Shown: piece by piece, positions 53,362-64,000 of the stretch
Layout of the letters: each line of letters begins with the position of its first letter
Numbering within the stretch: position 1 is the stretch's first letter
DNA from: Octopus vulgaris
Taxonomy: Eukaryota
DNA: 64,000 nucleotides
Direction of reading: 5' to 3'
NCBI GenBank assembly: GCA_951406725.2
Contig: OX597818.1
Span: forward strand, 20,956,001 to 21,020,000
Position numbers and translations under genes: made by a program
Notes under the pieces: model-generated
Seen by the model: only the letters and a program-made list of their open reading frames with translations
Database searches by the model: none
Told to the model about the DNA's origin: nothing

Positions 53362-53470
53362 AAGTTGTTTTCGTTCGAGCACACGATCTCAGATCAAGTC
53401 ACTCGCTATGCAAGTACATCTCCGTAATATATCTGACCAATAATCGATGAGGAGTTGGAGACCTTCAGTG

Positions 53471-53505
<35 letters not shown>

Positions 53506-53655
53506 TAAAAGAAGAGAGGGAGGGAGGGAGAGAGACAGAAGCATGCATCTAATTTTACAGCGAGGCTAAACATATGATTCTTAGAGTTATGTTGTTTTGT
53601 CTATCTTAATTTGTTGGTTCTATATTTAATATTTCCGTATATCTTTTGATTTAAG

Positions 53656-53802
53656 CCATTTTTAGGAGCTAAGGTCCTGTGCGATCTTCAAAGAAGGAGA
53701 CAAGATCGTTGTGACCGAAGACAACAATATGGTGACATCAATACTAAACAAATGGCTCGATTCGGCAAAATCTGCACACCTTTCCAAGTGTTGTCAATGC
53801 CT
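53656..53802 (+). CDS. WD40 gene exon I (C-terminal motif)
   Basis: ttaag|CCATTT...ATGCCT|gtaagt; 147 nt; PFLGAKVLCDLQRRRQDRCDRRQQYGDINTKQMARFGKICTPFQVLSMP resembles the recalled C-terminal LG..V...L.RR..DR..RR...GDI....FGK.C.PFQ.L motif. An alternative TAG acceptor ends at 53665 (phase 1). Confidence 0.75.
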
Positions 53803-55276
53803 GTAAGTTCCCAAAATTTAAACCTTCTTCTTCTTTTTCTCCTCCTCCTCCTCCTCCTCCTCCTCATCATCATCATCATCATCACAGTGGTTTCAAATTT
53901 CGGCACAAAGTCAATAAGTCCGGAAGAAGGGTTAAATCGATTACAGCGACCATAGTACTCAGCTGGTACTTACTTTATCGACTCCGAAAGGATGAAAGGC
54001 AAAGTCGAACTTTGGCAGAACTTGAACTCATAACATAAAGATGGACCAAATACCGCGAAGCAGTTTGTCTGGAGTGCGAACGATTCTGTCAACTCGCCAC
54101 CTTAATAATGATGATGATGATGGTGGTGGTGGTGGTGGTGGTGGTGATGATGATGCAGTACCAGGCACTGCGTCTCATTGCCTGATGCAGTATCGGGCAC
54201 TGGCTCTCATGGCTTCTAATCTCAACTGATTGGATGTGTTATCATGAACATATTTTGCCTTGGTATAAAATATGGGCTACAGCAAATATTCTGCTCAATA
54301 CCACAGATTTGCTTGTCAGTTGTTTGACCTTAACCAGTTGAGTATGTCCCTTTGTGGCTGACAATATATGCAAGTCTGATCACGAGTAAAAGTAGTGGGG
54401 GAGCATCATAGCCATGTGTTGAGAGGAATTCTTTAGGATTTAAGTAATTCACCTCTGGAAACATGGGTGTTTTGTTCAACATCCTTAAACAATCCTTATT
54501 CAGGGACCTGAAGAAAATTCTAACTGCGCTCTACCTGCAAGGTCATGCGCTGTTTATTTTGATACGAGAACAGCATGTCGCGCACATAGGGTTACGATGC
54601 ATGTGCCTGGTGAACCCTTATCGGACGGGTAGCCATGATGGGTATACTGGGCTTTGTATACTTTACCCCAGAGTCACTTTGATGGCATGCACGGCTCTCT
54701 CAACAATAATAATAATGATAATAATAATAATCCTTTCTACTAAAGGCACAAGGTCTGAAATGTTGGGGGAGAGGGTAACTCGATTACATCGACCCCAGTA
54801 CTCAACTGGTATAGGTGGATTGCCAGAATTGTGAGAGCGTCGAAAAAATTCCTTGCGTTATTTTGTTCCAACTTCTGACGATCCGCTGATGTCTTTCATC
54901 ATTCCAAGGTTGATAAAATAAAGGACCAACCAACTACTAAGGTCAATATTGCTCTCTCCACGAATCCTTGGCCTATGTTGGAAACAATTTTTAATGTAAG
55001 GATGGTCCTTTGGCATAAATGAAAATGTGTCGGATAACGTCGTTTATTTTTATTTTGGCATAACGTCGTTTATTTTAACCGTTCTGTGCCAAAGTCCACC
55101 TTGGTCTGGCTGCACTCGCTATCTTTCGTTTCTGTGAAGGGTTTCTTCTAGCATGCTAACCCTACATTCAAGCATTCTCTATTTCTTGGAGACAAAGGAC
55201 ACTGAATAGTTCCCCACGACCATCTTACAGTATAATGCAACCGATTCTATGGGAGGGAGGAAGATAGATATATATA

Positions 55277-55771
55277 CCGCAAATCCTCGAGTATAGTCCG
55301 CCCTTTAGTATAATACGCAGGGGATTTTTAGGGGGGCTGTACCTCTGAAAAACCCCTTCTCTAACTTGAGTCAAGGGGGTCTATATAACGTCCTTGGTTT
55401 GTAAAACTGTATACGGTAACGTACTTTATTATTATTGTATGTATATAAAATAATGCAAAGGTGTAGCATTTTTGCGCATTTTGTTTGCAGAAAATAAATA
55501 AAGAAATAACAGTAATAACGTTTAATAAATGTTGCTTACTGCAAGTTATGGATGATTCTTTTATGACTTCATTGCTTACAGCCTTAGCTTAAAGTATTTT
55601 CGCGCCCGACATCACAAAATACGTCTGAATAAACATTGCCGGACAGCAAATAGAGACCCGGACATTGCTTAGAAAGTAATTTTCATTTTTAATCTCGTGT
55701 ATGATACGCACTATGGACTTTGACTTTTAAATTTTGGGTAGAAAATGCGGATTATACTCGATGATTTCCGG
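55277..55771. mobile_element. pogo/Tc2-like MITE
   Basis: TA|CCGCAAATCCTCGAGTATAGTCCGC ... GCGGATTATACTCGATGATTTCCGG|TA. Confidence 0.82.
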
Positions 55772-56705
55772 TATATAATCTCTCTATATAGACTATATAA
55801 TCTCTTCCCTTCTCTGCTCTTTTATCTTTTATCTTTTACTTGTTTCATTCATTAGACTGCAGCCATGCTGGAGGATCACCGCCTTGGAGAATTTTCTTTA
55901 GTTGAATGAATCGACCGTAGCACTTATTTTTTATAGCCTGATACTTATTCTGTCAGCCTCTTTTGCTGAACCCCTAGGTTACGGGGATGTAAACACACCA
56001 ACACCAGTTGTGAAGCAGTGGTGGGGAACAAACACAGACACACATTTCTACACAACGGGCTTCTTTCAGTTTCCGTCTAGCAAATCTACTTACAAGGCTT
56101 TGGTCGGCCTGCGCCTATAGTAAAAGACACTCACTCAAATGCAACGAAGTGGGATTGAACCCGGAACCATGTGGTTGGGAAGCAAACTTCTTATCAACAG
56201 CCACACCATATAGATAAGAATAGACTGGTACTGTGTTTATCAAGGGAAAAGTTGATCAATGCGGGATTTGAACTGAGAACGCAATGAGCTGAAATCATTA
56301 CCAAAGGATGTGGCCGACGCTCTGTTTTGCATTTCATCACCTGAACAATATCATGCCTTGCGATTGTTTTAATAACATCCCGTTAACTTTTAGATTCAAA
56401 TCCCGTCCAGTCGACTTTATTTTCTTCTGGCATCTACAAAATAAGTACTACACCCACCTCCCTTACAACTGGCCCTGGATGGCAAAAATCTGTAGAGTGC
56501 TGCACAAAATTCTTTGAGGTATGTAGCTACAGCCGCTTCCGTTGTTTGATCCAATTCGGCCAGAATTAACTTCCATCATTTTCGGTTCAGTAACATGTCA
56601 GCCAAATTCTTCGTTTGAATTAATCGACAAACTAGTCACTACCAACATTCCATCAAAATTATAACCTGTATTAATATCGTTCTTATTCTTTTACTTTCAT
56701 TTTAG

Positions 56706-56786
56706 GGAACGGCAGAAGAAACTGTCCTGATGGAAGAAAGTTCCAGAAATCTAACAAAATTCGAAAATGATGTAATGACCGTATAG
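56706..56786 (+). CDS. Candidate terminal coding exon J of the WD40 gene
   Basis: Strong pyrimidine tract tcttattcttttactttcattttag|; phase 0; GTAEETVLMEESSRNLTKFENDVMTV then TAG. No homology support is visible. Confidence 0.5.
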   Translation, partial: GTAEETVLMEESSRNLTKFENDVMTV

Positions 56787-56929
56787 TGGATGGCAGCAAG
56801 CAGTTTCTATGACATCGTGTCAGTTGTAATTCCAAGCATCAGAATAGGTGTTATGAACGTGTGGCCACGTCATTCCATTGAAAGAATTCTTCTCTGTACC
56901 AAAAATAACCAGACTTTAAACATTGAACA

Positions 56930-56971
<42 letters not shown>

Positions 56972-57157
56972 TGTGTGTGCATATATATATATGATATAAA
57001 TGTGCGAAATTGAACAGTACCGATTGGTCAATAACTTCTGAAGAATTATGGACTTTTTGTTTGTCTCCCGTTCATTTTTACATTCAGTATACATTACATC
57101 GCTTGTTTATCAAGTAATGGAACGCAACACACACCAAATTTATATATATATATATAT

Positions 57158-57526
57158 ACTCTTTTACTCTTTTACTCTTTTACTTGTTTCAGTCATCTGA
57201 CTGCGGCCATGCTGGAGCACCACCTTTTAGTACTTATTCTATCGGTCTCTTTTTGCCGAACCGCTAAGTGACGGGGACGTAAACACACCAGCATCGGTTG
57301 TCAAGCAATGCTAGGGGGACAAACACAGACACACAAACACACACACATATACATATATATACATATATACGACAGGCTTCTTTCAGTTTCCGTCTACCAA
57401 ATCCACTCACAAGGCATTGGTCGGCCCGGGGCTATAGCAGAAGACACTTGCCCAAGATGCCACGCAGTGGGACTGAACCCGCAACCGTGTGGTTGGTTAG
57501 CAAGCTACTTACCACACAGCCACTCC
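57158..57526 (-). mobile_element. SINE family A, young copy with an internal deletion
   Basis: Shares diagnostic bases with 42746-43136; lacks about 40 bp between TTTAGT and CTAGT. Confidence 0.9.
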
Positions 57527-58743
57527 CATATTTACTTATGTATTTTTTTGTTTCCTACTTCACGTGGATCGAAAGGTAAAAATATTAGAATCAGTTGTGC
57601 GTCGAACAAAATACCTTGTGCATTTGGTTACATCTCTTTACTTTCTGACTTCAAACTCCGCCCATTGCCTTATTGCCTTTAGAACCTGATGTTCCTTTAA
57701 TAATAGGGGCAACGATGCTGATCTAATTTGCTGTCTGGTTCATCATCATCATTTGAACTGGTTCCTGGTGGGTTTTTTGTTCGTTTTTTTTTTTTTTTTT
57801 TTTTGGCAGAGTATAATCTGATGCAAGTATTTGAGCAAGGTCTCCGGTCTGAGGATAAACGTGCTGCTTCTTAATGCACAATCAGAATTTCTGGTTAGAA
57901 ACTTTGAATACGCCGTTTAAAACATTAACTCTATCCTTAAAGACGATGTCCCATTACTTGTGACCACAGTCAAATGACTGAAACCAATAAACATGTAAAA
58001 GAATATAAAGATGTAAAAAAAAAATAATAATAAATAAGCTTTTTCTTTCTACTCTAGGCACAAGGCCTTTGACTTTAGAGGAGAGGGCTAGTCAATTTCA
58101 TCGACCTCAGTGCGTAACTAGTACTTATTTCATCAACCCCGAAAGGCTGGAAGGCAAAGTTTGATCTCGGCGGAATTTGAACTCAGAATGTAAGGACGGA
58201 CGAAATGCCGCTAAGCATTTTTCCCGGCGTGCTAACGATTCTGCCAGCTCACTGTTTTAAAATAATTATAAATAATAATAAATATAATAAAATAATAAGA
58301 GGCTTTATGGTGATTTTTTTTAAACGTTGACGCAATGCCACGAATTTCATGTGGATGGACATATATAGGTAGTCGGTGAAATTGAACTCCCTACGTACCT
58401 GGTATATAACTTATAAATTCAGAATGGCCAAACAGCTGAACCTAAGTTAAATTTTTAGAAGGCAAAGTGCCATTCTGGTGAAATTTAATCAAAGCATATA
58501 CAATATTGTATTGTTAACCTGTTGTGTGATAGTTTTCCCCGGTAGTTAAGGTTCATGAACAAGAAATGAAGCGTTCCATTGCATCAAGTTTCCTTCCTCT
58601 GAATTCAGATTTAAAATCTTGTTGAGATAAAATTCGCCGTTAAAATAAGCATCATTAATTAAGCTTAGGCTGAAGCTTTAAATTTAACTCAGTCTGTATC
58701 ATATTCTGCATAACGCTATTCAATAATATATAAAATGTAAATA

Positions 58744-58904
58744 GGCGTAGGAGTGGCTGTGTGGTAAGTAGCTTGCTCACGAACCACATGGTTCCGGATT
58801 CACTCCCACTGTGTGGCACATTGGGCAAGTGTCTTCTACTATAGCCCCGGGTCGACCAAAGCCTTGTGAGTCGATTTGGTAGACGGAAACTGAAAGAAGC
58901 CCGT

Positions 58905-58959
<55 letters not shown>

Positions 58960-59176
58960 GTATATGTTTGTGTGTCTGTGTTCGTCCCCACAACATCGCT
59001 TGACAACCGATGGTGGTGTGCTTACGTCCCCGTAACTTAGCGGTTCGGCAAAAGAGACCGATAGGATAAGTACTAGGCTTACAAAGAATAAGTCCTGGGG
59101 TGGATTTGCTCGACTAAAGGTGGTGCTCCAGCATGGCCACAGTCAAATGACTGAAACAAGTAAAAGAGTACAAGAG
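58744..59176 (+). mobile_element. SINE family A, full length
   Basis: Complete head, (TA)n/(TG)n middle and GTAAAAGAG tail. Confidence 0.92.
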
Positions 59177-59270
59177 CATCCCCTAAACTTGTTAGGTTCA
59201 TTATTTATTTCCTATTTCATAATGTTAAGTATATAAGGGATATACTTGCCACCTCTGGATAGACCGCCAC

Positions 59271-59467
59271 AAGTTTGACACATTGACACACAGAAATTCG
59301 TTTTGGCATTTATCATTATAGCTAATTTCTATAATTTTTTTCCCATGAATGTAGTGGTACGAAACGAAACAGTATAATATATTAATTTAGTTTGCGGTTG
59401 TTCATCGGTGCTAACTCAACTCGTCTCCTTAATAAGGATTCTTTCTAATTTAATTCTGGCACAATGC
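59271..59467 (+). repeat. Direct duplication of about 195 bp; second copy at 61751-61962
   Basis: Near-identical AAGTTTGACACATTGACACAC...GTCTCCTTAATAA...GGCACAATGC. Confidence 0.92.
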
Positions 59468-59659
59468 AACCCAGTTCCATCTGGGTCAACTATTGTTATA
59501 TAGAATAAAATGCTCAGTCTAGAAGTACAAAACGAAATCCTGCAGCGGATTCGAACCTAAAATCTGTAAGCATATAGAGATCCTAATATTTTTTTTTACC
59601 TTTCTACTTAAGGTCGGCTCAAATGAGAACTGACAACGCCTGCTCATAAATAATAATCC

Positions 59660-60405
59660 TTTCTATTATAACCACAAGGCCTGAAATATTAATGGAGGGG
59701 AGGCTAGTCGATTACATCGACCCTACGGCTTAATTGGTACTTATTTTATCGACTGCAAATGGATGAAAGGCAAAGTCGACTTCAGCGGCAAATTCCGCTA
59801 AGCATTTTGCCCGGCGTACTAACGATTCTTTTCTACTCTACCGAAAATTTGGGGGAGGGGACCAGTCGATTAGATCGGCCCCATTACGCAACTGGTACTT
59901 AATTTATTGACCCCGAAAGGATGAAAGGCAAAGTCGACCTCGGCGGAATTTGAACTCGGGACGTAAAGACAAACAAAATACTTATTTCTTTACTACCCAC
60001 AAGGGGCTAAACACAGAGAGAGGACAAACAAGGACATACAAACGGATTAAGTCGATTATATCGACCCCAGTGTGTAACTGGTACTTATTTAATCAACCCC
60101 AAAAGGATGAAAGGCAAAGTCGACCTCGGCGGAATTTGAACTCAGAACGTAGCGGCAGACGAAATACCTATTTGTATTTCTTTATTACCCACAAGGGGCT
60201 AAACATAGAGGGGACAAACAAGGACAGACATAGGTATTAAGTCGATTACATCGACCCCAGTGCGAAACTGGTACTTATTTAATCGACCCCGAAAGGATGA
60301 AAGGCAAAGTCGACCTCGGCGGAATTTGAACCCAGAACGTAGCGGCAGACGAAATACGGCTACGCATTTCGCCCGGCGCGCTAACAGTTCTGCCAGCTCG
60401 CCGTC
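59660..60405 (-). mobile_element. SINE family B head-to-tail tandem array
   Basis: GGATGAAAGGCAAAGTCGAC recurs near 59761, 59919, 60105 and 60295. Confidence 0.88.
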
Positions 60406-61300
60406 TTAATAGCTCTTTCTGTCCCCACTACCGCTTGACAACTGGTGTTGATGTGTTTACGTCCCCGTAACTTAGCGGTTCAGCATAAGAGACAGATAGA
60501 ATAAGTGCTAGGCTTTAAAAAAATAATATATAGTGGGGTCGATTGATTCGACTAAAATTTCTTCAAGGGGGTGCCCCACCATGACCGCAGTCTAATGACT
60601 GAAACAAGTAAAAAATAAAGGATAAAATAATAGGACTGTGGATTACACTGAATCATTCCAGTGACTACCCATGTGAAAAAAGTCTAATGGATTAGGGTTG
60701 GCCTGAAATTAAACGACAATAGAATCACGGATGATGACGTGTCAGTAGCCAGAATATATAACTCTAGCCACGACATGATAGGAGCTACTTTATGTAGCAG
60801 AAGCAACGACAGTCTTTTTACCGTTCAAATTTTCCTGTTGGCATGGAGCGGTCACTACTGTCTGAAGACTGAAATTACTATGAACAGCCTCCCAGGGTTC
60901 AGTGCATGACAGTGTGTGTGTGTGTGTGTGTATGTGTGTGTGTGTGTGTCTGTGTGTGTGTGCGTGCGCGCGTCTTTATGCTTGTGCTTGACCCCCACCA
61001 CCGCTTGACAACTGGTGTTGACACAAAAGCATCCTTTTTTAAACAGCAGAAGAGAGAAGAGATTATATTGAGTGGATCAACCTCAGCCGATTATTTATAA
61101 CTATCGGGCGGCTTTTAAGCTAGCTCCTGTGGAAGGCTCTTCATTGGGTCTTGGGCCCAACAATGACACTTCATGCATTGAATACATATTAAATTTTATT
61201 AAACTTGACCAAAATTTTTCAAGCAATGAACAATTTTCATCAAAACAATGATATAATTGTTGTTTTCCCATTCAGGGGTCAGTACAATTTTTTCTGTCAA

Positions 61301-61401
<101 letters not shown>

Positions 61402-62514
61402 TTCTGTTGATTGTTTTCAACTATCATCAGTACCACCACCATCGCCACCACAACTGCCATACACACCATTCAGACTTCTGACGCCACCACCATCAATAAC
61501 TTTGACTTCGCCGCCTTTCCCTCCACCACCATCACCACTGCCTTTCACATCGCTTACTATCACCGTTATCCCTGACTGAGCACCAGCACCATCACCTCCG
61601 TTTCTATCACAACTGCAGCTCATACTATTACTATCACCCCATTACCATCACAACCGTAAATCTACTACCGTCTCTATGTCTTCTTTTACTCTCACCCCAT
61701 CACGAGGAATAGTGGAAGTGTCATAGAATAGTGAGAGAGGGGGGGGGTCAAAGTTTGACACATTGACACACACAAATTCGTTTTGGCATTTATTATTATA
61801 GATAATTTCTATAATTTTTTTCCCATGAATGTAGTGGTACGAAACGAAACAGTATAATATATTAATTTAGTTTGCGGTTGTTCATCGTTGCTAAGTCAAC
61901 TCGTCTCCTTAATAACAGCAAGAATAATAAGGATTCTTTCTAATTTAATTTTGGCACAATGCCAGCAATTTTGAGAAGCTGGATCAAATCGATTACACCG
62001 ACCCCTGTGGTCAACTGGTACTTATTTTATTGACGCCCAAAAAGGATGAAAGGCAAAGTTGACCTCGGCGTAATTTGATCTTAGAACATAAAGAGCCGGA
62101 AGAAATGTCGCTCAGCATTTTGTCCGACATGCTAACGAATCTGCCAGCTCGCTCCCATTACATCATCATCATTATCATCAACATCCGGTCGGGTGACGTG
62201 CCCGGACTAATGCAACTCAGCTACGCCAGTGTCCTGATCGAACGATACAACATGAACGCCTGGCTTGAATTTTAATCACGTTGGGCTTTTACTAGTTGAA
62301 AATCTCTAGTCTGCGCACACCACGACCACGGCTGTCTTAACAACAGTAATAATAATATAAGCAAATAGCAAAAGGCAGATTAGTAAAAACTATGAAGTTC
62401 CACATCCAAAAACCTTACATACATATTTCCGTCCCTCTAAATTTTGAACCATCCTTGCATTTCAATCTCCCGAAGTCAATAAAATAACGACCTGACATAA
62501 ATTTATGGCCCGGT

Positions 62515-62717
62515 ACTCTCTTTTACTCTTTTACTCTTTTACTTGTTTTAGTCATGTGACTGTGGCCATGCTGGAGCACCGCCTTTAGTCGGGCAAATCG
62601 AACCCAGGACTTATTTTTTGTGAGCCTAGTACTTATTCTATCGGTCTCTTTTGCCGAACCGCTAAGTTATGGGGCCGTAAACACACCAGCATCTGTTGTC
62701 AAGCGATGTTAGGGGGA

Positions 62718-62795
<78 letters not shown>

Positions 62796-62957
62796 CAACG
62801 GGCTTCTTTCAGTTTCTGTCTACCAAATCCACTCACAAGGCTTTGGTCTGCCGAGGCTATAGTAGAAGACACTTGCCCAAGGTGCCACGCAGTGGGACTG
62901 AACTCGGAACCATGTAGTTCGTAAGCAAGCTACTTACCTCACAGCCATTCCTACGCC
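62515..62957 (-). mobile_element. SINE family A, full length
   Basis: Reverse complement of the 58744 copy with a (CTCTTTTA)n tail. Confidence 0.92.
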
Positions 62958-64000
62958 TACGTACATTGAAAAAAAAAAGACTGGTAAGTGAATTAAGATT
63001 ATTGTCAATATGAAAACCTTTGATGAAAGATGAGCAAATGTAAATGTAAAGTGAATATTTTGAGAGTTTAATGAATGTTTTAAACTTATCTAAACAGCAA
63101 TATTAAAAAAAAACACCATCTGTGCCAAGAACACATTTATGGTGCCAGCCAGAACATATGGCTCTGTAGTATTATACTGGAACATACTCGACCTAGATTC
63201 TATAGACTGTAACACTGAAATTATTACATAAGTTTTATATCCAACGACTATACGTTTGAATATCATACAGTAATAGGGAAGTATTGTGATCAGGAGAGTA
63301 GTTTAAGATGGCTGTTATCAATGTTGTCCATTACTTTTCTGACGCACAAGAAAGCTAGCAATGTGCCCTTTGTTGACTGGAATCGCTATACAATTCTCAA
63401 AAGATACTAGATAAAACTTCAAACACTAAATCCTAAAACTGAAACAGCAAAGAAAATAGATATGCTGATGACACATAAAATACCCAAGATGAACAATCAT
63501 AAAAAGATGTCATAATTTTTTTTAAATAACTCTCGCACGGATGAAGAAACCCTGTCTGAACGGGTAACAAAATCTAACAAGATTTCTCATACAAGAACAG
63601 GCTGTTACCACTAGATATATATATTGGTTTCAAATTTTGGCACAAGGCAAAAAATTTTGGGGGAGGGAGGTAAATCAATGACATCGAACCTCGGTGCCCA
63701 ACTGGGTTCTTGGTGGTTATCGTCACTGTCTACAATTTTGTTCCAATTGTTTTCAAATTTGGTATGTGGATTAAGTTTTATATACTACTTTTAAAAAGGA
63801 AATTCATTTTTCCTATAAATTCATAATTAAAAAGTTATTAGCTTTTTAAATTTGCAAACTTTGGGTAGTTTAGCCAATCAGAAGCAAGTATTTTTACACG
63901 CCACCGTAAAGTTCTGTTAGCATATTAAACAAAGAAGCACCACGTGTTTCATAGCTGATTGCGAAGAACTCTGTTTCTATAGTAACCAAAGATGCTGCGC

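Noticed and set aside
59870-60360. Regularly spaced repeats resembling a CRISPR array
   Set aside because: The spacers are also repeated, the context is eukaryotic and there are no cas genes.

Overview
AT-rich, microsatellite-dense eukaryotic DNA. The SINE families suggest an octopod/cephalopod genome (inference). One host gene is visible: the 3' part of a + strand WD40-repeat gene of the WDR49(CFAP337)/WDY/WDR95-like family. I assembled 10 phase-compatible GT-AG exons by hand from 797 to 56786; five of them (3694, 17612, 20669, 25802, 56706) are absent from the ORF track. Its introns (up to about 27.7 kb) and flanks hold decayed mobile elements: several tRNA-derived SINE families; RTE, Tx1/L1, CR1-group, CRE-type and R4/Dong-type LINE fragments; Penelope-like termini with hammerhead-ribozyme-like cores; mariner, pogo/Tigger, piggyBac-like and Merlin-like MITEs; Helitron ends; long palindromes; and a tRNA-Asp pseudogene. 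The most notable signals are the hammerhead motifs, a repeat carrying RFX X-boxes inside a probable ciliary gene, a candidate SINE-LINE shared tail, and an in-place inversion within a SINE. Nothing here demonstrates a wholly new system. Family assignments come from motif recognition, not database searches.
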